A stretch of DNA of 63,121 bases, filler included, from Chiloscyllium plagiosum (Eukaryota), in the NCBI RefSeq assembly GCF_004010195.1. It is 4 parts of one record of this genome, joined end to end, with 100 filler letters (N's around TTAATTAATTAA, not from the genome) between each part and the next. Parts side by side here need not be neighbours in the genome. Positions count along the whole stretch, not along the records: positions 16,758 to 42,822 come from NC_057710.1; positions 42,923 to 55,280 come from NC_057710.1; 2 more parts are not named here. One strand, 5' to 3'. How positions within the stretch are numbered: the stretch's first letter is position 1; every line of letters starts with the position of its first letter. The notes beneath the pieces are model-generated. The model made no database searches. It was not told the DNA's origin and was given only the letters and a program-made list of their open reading frames with translations. The translations under genes were made by a program, and so were the position numbers. This document shows positions 39,095-51,689 of the stretch, one piece after another.

Positions 39095-39955
39095 TAGAAC
39101 ATAGAACTGTACAGGATAGGAACAGGCCCTCAGCCCATCATGTTGTGCCAACCATAATGCCATTCGAAACTAATCCCAACTGCCTGCCCATGGTCATTAT
39201 CCCTCTCTTCCCTGACTGTTTAAATGCCTCTTAATCTAAGATATGTATCTGTTTCTACCACCTCCCCGATGGCACATTCCAGGCTCTTACCACCCTCTAC
39301 GTAAAAACCTTGTCTTATGCATCTCTTTTAAAGTTTCCCCTTTTCACCTTAAATTAATGACCTGTAGTATTTGACATTTCCACCATAAGAAAAATGTCTC
39401 CAGCTATCCACCCTATCCATGCCTCTCATAATTTTATATGTTTCTATCGGGTCATCCCTCAGATTAGTGAAAATAATCCAAGTTTTTCCAAAGCTAATAC
39501 ACTTCAATTCAGGCAACATCCTGGTAAATCTCCTTTTCACCCTCTCCAAAGCCTCCACATCCTTCCTATATGATGACCAGAACTGCACACAATCTTCCAA
39601 CAGTGGCCAAAGTAAAACTTTATATGGCTGCAACATGACTTGCTAAGTTTTACACTCAATGCCTGAGCCAATGAAGGCAAACATGCCATACGCCTTCCTC
39701 AAAACCTTATTTACTTGTTATGCCACTTTCAGGGAGCTATTGACTTGAACTTTAAGATCCCTCTGTATGTCAATATTCCTACGGGTCCTGCCATTTACTG
39801 TATACTTTCCTCTTGCATTTGACATCCTAAAATGCACCACCTCACATTTGTCCAGATTGAACTCTATCCCACCTTCCAACTGATAAATCTTGTTGCACTC
39901 AATGAGAACATTCCTCAGTATCCACAACTCCACCAATTTTTGTGTCGTCTGCATC
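39095..39955 (-). mobile_element. CR1 3' part; resumes at ~40372-40420
   Basis: LEDCVQFWS; ADDTK-equivalent; CATAGAACATAGAAC tail. Confidence 0.85.
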
Positions 39956-39959
39956 TAAA

Positions 39960-40370
39960 TTATTTTTTATATGTCGGGAAAGCGATTGCCGGTGCCTTGT
40001 TACTGCTGCACGCCGGTGAGGAGTGGTCTGAAGACTGGAGTGATTTGAAACAGTTGTTGAACTGGGGCCTCACTCCACCTGCTGAGCTGCTGCAGTTCGG
40101 AATTCTTACCGGAAAATGTAAATCCTTTTCACAATGTTGTAGCTACCTCATTTCTAACTTATTCTTAGCTACTGTTAGCATTGCTTCTGCTTTCCTTTTA
40201 ATCCTCATTGGTATAACAGCACTATATTGTAAGGTTTGTACCTAGGTGCTAATATCCAAGATGGTGCCAATAAAGGCAGCCATTGTAGAAACTTTTCACT
40301 GTCCTTCTGTACTGGAGTGCAAGTGACAACAAAGGATATTCAATTGTCCAATTAAAGAATATTCAATTAA
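39960..40370 (+). mobile_element. Unclassified insertion with an AAGATGGTG..CACTGT..GTGACAA..(ATTCA) 3' end; a related copy lies on the minus strand from ~40680
   Basis: It splits a CR1. The 3' motifs are shared with the reverse complement of 40681-40765. Confidence 0.45.
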
Positions 40371-41149
40371 ATTAACAGAAGTCCCAGCACTGATTCATGT
40401 GAAACACTACTGGTCATAAACACCCAGTCAACAAACCTATCATCTGTCATCATTCTGCCATATTGGTGTAACCATCCTCTCTCCAACACCTCGTACTTTA
40501 TCTATGCTACTGTACCCGTCTCCCACCAAGGCTAATGCTCTATCACTCTTACTACGGCCTGCAACTTTTCATTTTCATTCATCTCAACCCCGAATGCTAC
40601 TAACTTTGTCCTCTGCCCACTCAGGATACCTCTCAACCTGTAAAGGTAACAGCTGTGCCATCTGCATGTATCTCCCATAATTTGATTTTTGATTTGATTA
40701 ATTTATTTTCACATGTATTTTGTTGCAAAATACAGTGCAAACCACTCTCTGACACCATCTTAAAACACAGAAAGATAAACCAAAATGTAGAATATCAAGG
40801 CAGAAAAACAAAGAACTAATAGAAAAGTGTTCAACTTTCCAGTCCTTGCGAGGTGCTGTGCCATGGACCATGGGCTTAGTGGCCAGGCATGAACATAATA
40901 ACTATCTGGAAGCTATTCCTGGGAGGAAAATGTTCCGTGAAAGGGCAGAAAGAGCCAGGCTGGGTGCCAGGCTGCCTGATGTTCGACTCCTCACCCTTCA
41001 GTTGGAGAGCATCAGATAGCCTTTTGGAACTGAGTTACAAATGAAGATCATGTCAGTCCGGCAATGCTGAGAACTTGTGAGGGAAGACCAGACACAATGT
41101 TCAGGCCTGTATGTAATTTCTCTTTTGGAGTGATTAGCACAGACCTTTA

Positions 41150-41795
41150 GAATCATGGGATCGTAGAATTTTAAAATATGGAAGGAGGTAATTCAATCCA
41201 TTGTGTCTCTAACAGTTCCCAAAGGAATTACCCAACCAGTCCTACTCTTCAGACCCATCTCTGTAGTCCTCCAAGTTAGTCAATTTCAAATACAGAGCCG
41301 GCTGTCTTTTGAAACCTCCTATGGAATCCGGCTCCAACACTCTCCAAGGCAGCACATTCCAAATCCTAACAACTCGGAATAAAGAAGTTTCTCCTCATCT
41401 CACCCCTAGCTGACTTGCTGATAATCTTGATACTGCGATCTCCAATTACTGACATACCAACTAGTGGAAACAGAATACCCTTCTTTATGCTGTCAAAATT
41501 GTTCATAATTTTAAACACCTCAATAAGGTCAGCTCTTAATCTTCTCTACTTCAAAGAGTATAAACTCAATCACTCTAATCTTTCATTATATCTAAAATTC
41601 CTCATTCCTGATGTCATTCTAGTAAATCTCTTTTCACTCTCAAGGGCTTTAACAACCTTCCTTAAACAAGGTGCTCAGAATTGAACACAATCTGCCAACT
41701 GTGGTCTGACCAGTGATTTGTACAGGTGTAGCATCATTTCCTTGCTTTTATATTCTATGCCTCTATTTATAAACCCAAGCTCTGTGACCTTTAAT
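41150..41795 (-). mobile_element. Old CR1 3' end
   Basis: Similar to 19410-19800. Confidence 0.8.
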
Positions 41796-42629
41796 AATAG
41801 TGTAGACTAGAGTGGTGCCTGAAAAGCACAGCAGGTCAGGCAGCATCTGAGAAGCAGGAAAATCAATGTTTCAGGCAAAAGCCCTTCATCAGTAATGGAG
41901 GCAGGGAGCTTCCAGGGTGGAGAGATAAATGGAAGAGTGGGGGGGAGGCGGGCAGGGTGGGGTTGGGGAGAAGGTAGCAAAGAGTACATTGGGTGGATGG
42001 AGGTGGGGATGAAAGTGATAGGTCAGAGAGGAGGGTGAAGTGGACAGATGGGAAGGGAGATTGACAGGTAGGACAGGTCATGAGGACAGTGCTGAAACTG
42101 GTGAAGTTCACATTGATCCCCTGGGGTTGAAGTGTTCTGAGATGGAAGATGAGGCGTTCTTCCCCCAGGTGGTGAGGGAGCAGCGGTGAAGGAGGCCCAG
42201 GACCTGCATGTCTTCGACAGAGTGGGAGGGGGAGTTGAAATGTTGGGCCACGGGGCGGTGTGGTTGATTGGTGCGGGTGTCCCAGAGATGTTCCGTAAAG
42301 CACTCTGCTAAGGAGGCATCCAGTCTCCCCAATGTAGAGAAGACCGCATCAGGAGCAATGGATACAATAAATGATATTGGTGGATGTGCAGGTGAAACTT
42401 TGATGGATGTGAGAGGCTCCTTTGGGGCCTTGGATGGAGGTGAGAGACGTTTTGCAATTCCTGCGGTGGGGGTGAGGGAGGGTGGGCGAAGGTTTTGCAA
42501 TTCCTGCGGTGGCAGGGGAAGGTGCCAGGACGGGAGGGTGGGTTGTGGGGGGGTGTGGACTTGACCAGGTAGTCACGGAGGGAACAGTCTTTGTGGAAAG
42601 TGGAAAGGGTTGTGGAGGGAAATATATAG

Positions 42630-42822
42630 GCAATAGACAATAGACAATAGATAATAGACAATAGACAATAGATGCAGGAGTAGGCCATTCAGCCCTTCGA
42701 GCCTGCACCGCCATTCAATATAATCATGGCTGATCATTCCTAATCAGTATCCTGTTCCTGCCTTATCTCCATAACCCTTGATTCCACTATCTTTGAGAGC
42801 TCTATCCAACTCCTTCTAAAAG
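42630..42822 (-). mobile_element. (CTATTGT)n-tail CR1 3' end inserted in the PLE
   Basis: (CAATAGA)n run; near-identical to 4605-4767. Confidence 0.92.
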
Positions 42823-42922
42823 NNNNNNNNNNNNNNNNNNNNNNNNNNNNNNNNNNNNNNNNNNNNTTAATTAATTAANNNNNNNNNNNNNNNNNNNNNN
42901 NNNNNNNNNNNNNNNNNNNNNN
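42823..42922. other. Assembly gap with TTAATTAATTAA linker
   Basis: 44N + 12 + 44N. Confidence 0.97.
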
Positions 42923-44029
42923 CAGGGTGGTCAGGCTTGTGGATCTTGGGAAGGAGGTAGAACCGGGCAGTGCGGGGTTCCCGGACTATGAGGTTGGAGG
43001 CTGTGGTTGGGAGATCTCCTGAGGTGATGAGGTTCCGTATGGTCTGGGCAATGATGGTTTGGTGATGGGGGGGTGAGGTCATGGTCGAGGAGGCGGTAGG
43101 AGGAGGTGTCTTCGAGTTGACGTCTGGCTTCAGCAGTATAGAGGTCAGTGCACCAGACTACCACTGCACCCCCTTTATCTGCTGGCTTGATGGTGAGGTT
43201 GGAATTGGAGCAAAGGGAGTGGAGGGCTGCACGTTGTCAGGGTGAGAGGTTGGAGTGGGGGAGGAGAGTAGACAGTTTGAGGCGGTTGATGTCACGGTGG
43301 CAATTGGAAATTAAGAGATCGAGGGCAGATAATAGGCCAGCACGGGGTGTCCAGGTGGATGGAGTGTGTTGGATGAAGGGGTCCTCGGAAGGTGGGTGGG
43401 AATCCTGATTGAAAAAGTAAGCTCGGAGGTAAAGGCGGCAGAAGAAGTGTTCGACGTCCTGACGCGTATTAAATTCATTGATGCGTCGATAGAGGGGCAT
43501 AAAGGGAAGACCTTTGCTGAGGACTGATCATTCATCCTCAGTGAGGGGGATGTCTCAGAGAATGGTGGAAGCCATTTTAATAATACCCCATGTGTCCTAC
43601 TCACTACCAACTATTTCTCTCATGTTCCATTCACACAACCAACACCCCCTTAACTTGTGTACTGACAATCTATGTAAACCGCAATTCAAATGCTGGATTC
43701 ATTGCTTAACCTCACTCACATACATTCATTCCTGCTGAAGTTCTTATAACTACATCTTGCAGCTGACGAAAATGACTAAATCTTCAACTGCCACAGACTG
43801 ATCATACAGGCATACACACAGGCATACTGCATTCAATGCCACATCCTCCTCTCTTTAACATGACAAGGTTAACTTTAACAGGAGGCATGAAACTGGCAGG
43901 GAAACTGGCCTGGTAGTATGGACTCACCACCAGAGGGGAGATAGTTGAATTGGTAACCATCGAGGGTTTTGGTAACAGGGCTGATGCAATCTGCTTCCCC
44001 ACCTCATCCTCTTAAAGTATCACTTCATC

Positions 44030-44600
44030 TTAAACAAAAGCAGAAATTGCTGGAGAAACTCAGCAGGTCTGGCAGCATCTGTGGACGGAAAGCAGAGAAA
44101 ACGTTTTGAGTCCAGTGACCCTTCTTCAGGACTGATTGTAGCTTGGAAACAGTTGAAAAATATGCTGAAGGCAGAGTGGGGAGAGTTTAGGGGAAGACTA
44201 AACAGTGGGTGGAAATCAAGCTCAGAGAAAGACAACAATAAACAGACAGAGGGATAAATAACAAGGAGAAAGAAAAGCTGATAACAGGGGACCATCAATG
44301 GGTGAAAATAGATTGGCTGTGATGAAAGTAGACCATGTGATCACGAGGCCTGGTATGTCGGGGTTGCGGTAAGGACATGGGAGAAAATGCTCAGGTCCTA
44401 AAATTATTATTGAGTCCTGATGGCTGCAGGCCTGAGACAGAGATGTTGCCCAGGGATTGCAGGGGTGCGTTGAGGTGACAGATAACTGGAAGCTTGGGTT
44501 ATTTTTTGCAGACAGATGTGTTCAGCAAAGCGGTCACCCAGTCTGCGCTTTGTTTTCCTAATGTACATCATGTTGTGAGCAGCAAATCATAATGAGCAGC
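44030..44600 (-). mobile_element. Old PLE 3' region with a degenerate hammerhead terminus
   Basis: The reverse reads CTGAAGAagggtcactggactcAAAAcgtt..gatgctgccagacctgctgag. Confidence 0.6.
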
Positions 44601-44729
44601 CTCTGAGATCTATTATCTGAGGGCAATTTCTGCCATTTTGCTGATGACTAGCTGTTGGCCAACAGAGCAGCAATTAGCCACACTGGATTTGTCCTGCTTT
44701 TTAATGACTTTGCAATTTTCCGCACTAAT

Positions 44730-45665
44730 AGAAACGAAATACTGTTGATGCTGGAAATCTGAAGCAAACACTGTTCATGGGAGAGTGTTGGAGAAACTCA
44801 GTAGGTCTGGCACCATCAATGGAGAGAGAATAACACATTTACTATTTTGAGTCTAGTATGACTTGTTCTGAAGTGAAAGGTGTCGGAAAGTGTGTCATAC
44901 TTTTGACAACGGCAGTGGAGGAGGAAGGGGACAAGTGAAGTGAAGAACCCATGCAAAAGGCAAAGAGGTTACTCATGGTGGTGAAAAAGAAACAGAGATG
45001 CAAAATGTGTGCAAATGAAGGTATGGGAGAAAGGGAAATTGTCCTCTCTACCAGGAGCAAATTAAAGAAGACATAAACATGACAAGGCTGTGGGGCTGGG
45101 ATGGGAGTGTAGGGGACAGGATGGTGGACATAATGTAAGAGAAATGGAGAACAAACTTAAGACCGTTAGTTTGTGAAGTTACAGAATTCAATATTAAGCC
45201 TTCTTGGTCCTACTTTGTCTCTCTCAAATGTATTAAAGTAAACATTTGTAACACCATTCAGTGCCGAAGAAAAGTCATACCAGACTTGAAGCATTTACTC
45301 TCTCTCTACCGGGAATGGCACAGTGGCTCAGTGGTTAGCACTGATGTCTTACAGTGCCAGGGACCTGGGTTTGATTCCCACCTTCGGTGACTGTGTGGAG
45401 TTTGCACATTCTCCCCGTGTCTGTGGGGGTTTGCTCTGGTTTCCTCCTATAATGCAAAGATGTGCTGGTCAGGTGAATTGGCCACACTTAATTGTCTATA
45501 GTGTTAGGTGTATTAGTTAGGGGTAAATAGAGGGTAGGGGTATGGGTCTGGGTGGGTTATTCTTCAGAGGGTTGGTGTGGAATTGTTGGGCCAAATGGCC
45601 TGTTTCCACACTGTAGTGAATCTAATCTCTACAGACGTTGCCAGGTGTGCTGAGTTTCCGCAATT
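44730..45665. mobile_element. Old inverted PLE termini; the right one is interrupted by a HE1 SINE
   Basis: gagtctagtatgactt (~44850) mirrors aagtcataccagactt (~45272). Confidence 0.55.
45311..45628 (+). mobile_element. Full-length HE1-like SINE
   Basis: GGCACAGTGGCTCAGTGGTTAGCAC..GGAGTTTGCACATTCTCCCCG..AATCTAATCT. Confidence 0.9.
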
Positions 45666-47134
45666 GTTGGCTAAATGCCAATGTTGTAGTTGGATTGATA
45701 TGCCTTAGATAGATCAGTGAAAAATGCTGGAGGCTAAGTCTTCAGCACTATTGCCAGAATTTTGTCAGTGGTCATGGTCTTTGCAATACTCAGTTCCCTT
45801 ATACCATTAGTTGACATGATGTGGAGTGAATCAAAATAATTGAAGGTTGGCATTAGTGATGCTGGAAATCTCAGGGGGAAACTGAGATGGATTGTCCTCT
45901 TGGCACTTTTGCTTACTGCACTTGCTTTAGTCTTGCTTTGTTCTGATGTGCTGGATTTCCCCACTGTGAAGATCTGGATATTTATGGACCTATTGCAGAA
46001 AGTGGAGCATTCTTATAGAATAAGTCAGAATCCTACACCCCTGTGTTCAGGAAAAGAGACACCAACCAGCCATAACTGATCCACGGAGAAACCCGAGTGC
46101 CAGTGAGCTTGCATAAAGAATGACTTTGGTTGCAGACCAGCGTTTGGACAATAATTCTTTTATCTATTAAGTCATTAATTTATTTCTGAATTTAATTGTT
46201 ACTTGGTCAGAAGATAAGCTGCTTTATTATAGACTGCCAAAAAAAAATGCACTGCAAGGAATCCAGCTGGAGAGCGATTTCTCAACTAACAAAGGCAGCA
46301 AGAGCAAAAAAAGGAAGCTAGCAATTCCAACAAAATCAGACAGTTCATCTTTGTCCTACTGTGGAAAGCCAAGCAGATCTGCTTATGGGCTCCATGACTG
46401 CATCAAACACACAACAGATGACCTGATGTACTCAAGAAATGGCTATCTCAATAACAATGGGAAACTGACAACGAATATGGATCTAGCAACTATCTAAGGA
46501 TTAAAACTCCCAGCTTTTTACTCATTGCAATTCACACAAAAACCCAAGGGAAGGGCAACCGCTTTGATCACTGCATAAGCTACACTGTAAGATGAAGACT
46601 CTCACAGTTAAGCCCCAACATAGACTGGAGCTAATGAATGAAATTGGTTCATTATAGAAAATCACAAAATCGGCCCCTCTGACTTGCTGCCCTTGTCGGA
46701 CCTGCACTGCAGCAATTCTGGATCTTATTTACAAGTCCCCTCACTTCTAGTGCCGAGCAAGTGCTTTTCTGACCTGTTGTTGCATAGTTTGACATTAGTA
46801 TGCTTGTTGGAACAGTGTTTTCGACTATAATGAATGCTAATGAGAGAGGTGCCTGGCTGTGGAGCATGTTGTTTACTGCACAGATTTGCAGCAAAGCAGA
46901 AGACAAATAAAGGATTAGGCTGAATTACAGGAGGGATGGAGTACAAATCCAAAGAGTTGTAGTGCTGCTTTACAAGATTTTATCTAAACTCCTGGTAAAC
47001 AGATTATTTCAGAAAGGGATGCTATGAATTGAGAACTGTAAAAATTGTGAATATACATGAGGCAAACATTGATATTTCCTAATGAAATAGCATTCAGAAA
47101 CTAGTAGCGGAAGGGACAAGCAACAGTCATTGAA

Positions 47135-47391
47135 ATTAGATTAGATTAGATTACTTACAGAGTGGAAACAAGTCCACACCGACCCTCCGAAGAGCAACCC
47201 ACCCAGACCCATTCCCCTACATTTACCCCTTCACCTCCCTGTGGGAGGAAACCAGAGCACCCAGAGGAAACTCACGCAGCCACGGGGAGAACATGCAAAC
47301 TCAACACAGACAGTCACCCAGAGGTGGGAATTGAACCTGGGTCTCTGGCGCTGGGGGGCAGCAGTGCTAACCACTGTGCCACCGTGCCACC
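47135..47391 (-). mobile_element. HE1-like SINE with internal deletions
   Basis: (ATTAG)n tail; head ..CCACTGTGCCACCGTGCCACC. Confidence 0.88.
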
Positions 47392-48177
47392 TACAATGCA
47401 AATGAGGAGTCACAGCACAAGAAAAACATAAAACAAGCAATTGAGTCAGTCACAGAAAAAGAGAGAAAACTTGCATTTATCAATTTTTTTCACCATTTTC
47501 AATTCACTGGTTGTGAAGAATTTTGGGAATGTCTGGGAAGTTTGACAAAAACACAATAATATGTACTAGTCTTGCAATTCCTGTAAGCCTATTTGCTAGA
47601 TCAGTAAAGGACAGAATAATACTCCCTTAACAGGTTTCCCACCTCTGCATGAATTCAGACAGGCCCACAAAGAGTTAAGGTGATCTGACGGGAAGCTGTG
47701 GTAGACTATACATCAGATCATTGTCTAATATCTAACAGTCATAAACAACAAGTGACTGCCAGCACCGATGCCTGTTTCCGATTTGAACTCAGGTCTTTGG
47801 ATTTTATGAGCAGTTTCATGGACCATTACTCTAATCTGCTGCAATATGTAACCTGCCCTTGCTGTTTGTCCACACTCGTTTATTTGTTGCAAACGAAGAA
47901 ATAGTGATTTGTAACCAAGCTTTGGCGACAGCTATGGGATATATTTGGAAACATTGAACAATGCTCATCATTTCAACATAAACTTAACAATGATTTATTT
48001 CCATCAGAAAACGTGTTTGTTATACTGATGTGACAGTAATTACTTTTAAATGGTGGAAGATGTAATGCATCAACTCAAGGCTTTCAGATTGGACATATAT
48101 TGTCAAAACTGTTTCAAGTTAAGAAACTAATTTTTTTCTTTTTTTTTGGAAATAATGTTTTAAATAACATGCATATT

Positions 48178-48198
48178 TGTGTGTGTGTGTGTGTGTGT
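48178..48198. repeat. (TG)n microsatellite
   Basis: Read directly from the sequence. Confidence 0.9.
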
Positions 48199-49144
48199 TT
48201 TGGATATGTGCCTGCTTGTTTGCACGTGTGTGCATACACTTGTGTACAACTGCATAGTCATAATTAACATTGTTGACATAAGTATATTCACTTGTAATTA
48301 ACAGTCTAACTCCCTCTAATATAAAGTGTAGATGTGTCTGCAATTAACAACATGTATTGATCATTAACTATGTGTGATGTGTGTGTCTGCAATTAGCAGT
48401 CTGTGTTCTAGCAATTAACACATGCATTTGTAATTAACAACGTGTGCATCTATAACAAAAATGTGATTGTGTCTCTATAATGAATAATGCACATTGGAAT
48501 CTGATTATAACAATCAATTGGCCAGTCCCCCATTTAATCGTTACAATTCAATGAACAAATCCATTTCACTAATCCTTCAGTTAAATGGGAGCATTGATTT
48601 TATTTGTTATCAATATATTCAATAAAAATGACACACTTAGCAGATTAAAAGTTTCTAAAGTGCAAGAGAAAGCCCTAACTTTCTCCAGGGTTTTGTTTTT
48701 CTGGAGATCAATGTGAGTCAGGGTAATTAAAAACAGAAAATCCATCAGCACCAGCAGTGTTTGTGGGAAGGGGAGCAGAGTCGTAGGGGAATGATGTAGG
48801 CTATGACGAGAGTTGTTGCAGATTCAGGAAATAAGGGCACTGAGACACCTCTCGATGTCAGGAGCAACTCACTCCTTTTCACAAATGGCATGGTGAGATT
48901 CTAACAGAGCAATAATGAGATGCTAGTTCATGAGGATTAACCCTTCTTAAACACTTTATTACCAGCAAAACTCACCTCAGTAGTATTCAAACGTTCGCTT
49001 GACCAAACTCACCAAAGAAGTTTGGCTTTGGGGAAACTCAATGAGAAAACCAGGGTCAGCACCTGACAGATTCAGTTCACCACTTGCTCCAAGCCATATC
49101 CATGTTGGCCACTGGGTACCAGTCACATGAAAGGCACTCCCAAG

Positions 49145-49444
49145 GAGGGCATAGGTTTAGGGTGAGAGGGGAAAGATATAAAAGAGATCTAAGGGGCAAA
49201 GTTTTCATGCAGATGGTGGTACGTGTATGGATTGAGCTGCCAGAGGAAGTGGTGGAGGCTGGTACAATTGCAACATTCAAAAAGCATCCTGATGGGTATA
49301 TGAATAGGAAGGGTTTGGAGGGATATGGGCTGGGTGCTGGCAGGTGGGACTAGATTGGGTTGGGATATCTGGTCGGCATGGACGGGTTGGACCGAATGGT
49401 GTGTTTTCATGCTGTACATCTCTATGACTCCATGACTATGACTC
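49145..49444 (+). mobile_element. HER1-type CR1 3' end
   Basis: CTATGACTCCATGACTATGACT tail. Confidence 0.9.
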
Positions 49445-50034
49445 TTCTGGTCCCACTGTAGCCTATTTTCCTGTTGAAGTGAGAAAGAGGTTGGTATTAC
49501 AGAAGAGAAACATGGGTGTCTCAGCAATTACTGTTTGCACAATTGGACAAGTGTCAGAGTGCATGATTAGGCAGCAGAGAGGGCATACTGGGTGAGTGGG
49601 ATTGGGGATTGGGGTTGGTGAAGGCAAGAGGGTAAGGCAAGAGGGTGGCAGAGTATGAGGACCATCCAAGGAGGTGGATGAAGCAGCAAAGCTAGAGTCT
49701 TCTGGCAGAAGCTGGGGTACTTGCACTGCAGAAGTGGCGAAGGACATTGAGACTCCTCCAACAGTCCTGGACCTCATTCCAGGCAACTGAGATGGCTTTA
49801 ACTGAGGTTCCACCTTGATCAGGCTGGCATAGCCTGATGTCATGGTGTGTACTGCTCGTCCTGGATGGGTCGGTGGGCGAGGAGGATGGGGAGGAGACAT
49901 TACACCTCTGAATCAGTCTGTCCAGTAGGATCTGTTGGTACCTGCTCATACAACAGAGTGCCAATTGTCTGCCCCATCCAAGGAAAATGTCAGCAATTTT
50001 GCAGGGCAACTCTGATCTGACAGTGCCCAGTGGC

Positions 50035-51375
50035 CTTTATTTTCTCCACATGCACTCTATCCAGAATTCTCAGTATTCTGTAGGTTTCAATCCAATGCCC
50101 TGTCATCCTTCCAAATTCCATCAGGTTCACACCCAGAGTTCCCAAACTCTCCTCATATGACAAGCCCTTCATCCCCGGAATCATTCTTGTAAACCTCTGC
50201 TGGACCCCAATGCCAGCACATCCTTCCTTAGATACAGGGGCCAAAACTGCTCACAATATTCCAAATGCAGCCTGACTAGAGCCTTCAGCAGTACATCCAT
50301 GCTCTTGTATTCTAGCCCTCTTGAAATGAATGTTCATATTGCATTTACCTTCCTAACTACTAAATGAACCTGGATATTAATCTTAAGAGAATCCTGAATT
50401 AAGATTCACAAGTCCCTTTGTGCTTTTCCCATTTAGAAAATAGTCTACACCTCTATTCTGCCTATCAAAGTGTATTACCTCACACATTCCCCCATTGTAT
50501 TCCATCTGCGATTTCTTTGTCCAATCTCCTCACCTGTGCAAGCCATTTTGCAACCTTCAGCTTCCTCGACACTGCCTTTGTATCATCTGCAAATTTAGCA
50601 ACAATGCCCTCAGTTCCTTCTTCCTGATTATTAATGTGTTACATGAATATTGTAGTCCCAAGACAGACCCCTGCAGAACTCCACTAGTTACTGACTACCC
50701 TGAAAAAGACTCTTTTATACCTACCCTCTGCCGTTAGCTAGTTAGCCAATTGTCTATCATTGCCAATACCTAACACCATGAAGCTCTTGTCTTACTTAGC
50801 AGCCTCCTATGTGGTGCTTTGTCAAGGCCTTCTGGAAATCCAAATACATCGGCGAGAGGAGAGAGACATGAGGGACAAGTGTTTTACACAGAAGGTGGTT
50901 CGCATGTGGAATGAACTTCCTGAGGAAGTGGTGGATATGGGTACAATTACAACACTTAAAATACGCTTTGATAATAGAATATTATCAAATATATGAATAG
51001 AATAGGTTTGGAGGGAAATGGACCAAGAGTGGGCAGGTGGGACAAGGGTCTGTTCCTACGGTGTATAACTCTATGACTCCGTGTCCACTGCCATGTCTTT
51101 GTCTAACTTGCTTGTTGCATTCTCAAAAAAGTCTCACAGATTTATCAGGCTTGACCTCCCTGTGACAAAGCTGTGCTAACTCAGCCCTATTTTATCATGC
51201 ACTTCCAGGTACTGCACTATCTTGATAATGGACACTAAAATTTTAACACTGACTGATGTCAAGCTAACTGGCCTACAGTTTTCCATCTTCTGCCTCCCTC
51301 TCTTCTTAAGCAGGAGTGTTACATTAGCCATTTTCCAGTCCTCTGGGACCCTCTCTGACTCCAGTGAATCCTGAG
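50035..51375 (-). mobile_element. Decayed CR1 RT region with a nested plus-strand CR1 tail (~50855-51080)
   Basis: VPEDWKMANVTLLLKK..NCRPVSLTSV; VQQRFTRMIPG. Confidence 0.85.
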
Positions 51376-51689
51376 CTTGATCGAAAGCAGCACCTGAGGA
51401 GAATGGTGAACTTGATATAAAGCAGGAGGAGAGGAGAGCGATGAACTCAGTGCAAATCAGCACAGAAGAATCGGTCACACTTTTCCAGGAAGTGCTTTTT
51501 GACCTGGCCTTTCATAGTTTGACATCGGTCTGCTTGTTGGAACAGTGTTTTCAAGAATGCTCATGAAAGACACATTCAACAAGAGAAATGGAGAGAGTAC
51601 AGAACTAATATATTCCAATAAACATCAATAGTGGTCAACAAATCCAGTGACTTTTGGATATCGAGACATATATACAAGATTGGTTAAAT

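Larger units (their letters stand above)
41805..43565 (-). mobile_element. Penelope-like family A, fragmented (N-terminal RT region, GIY-YIG, hammerhead terminus)
   Basis: PRTARFYLLPKIHKPDHP; CHRRNCKT; IIYCIHC; ERLIFHLRTLQPQGIN; CTGATGAagggcttttgcctGAAAcATT at ~41865-41892. Confidence 0.88.

Noticed and set aside
45840..46079. Signal-peptide-like ORF (WIVLLALLLTALALVLL)
   Set aside because: It appears to lie in a decayed repeat antisense strand and starts at TTG, with no gene context.
46250..46430. Possible RTE C-terminal zinc-finger remnant (YCGKPSRSAYGLH)
   Set aside because: Too degenerate to support by eye.
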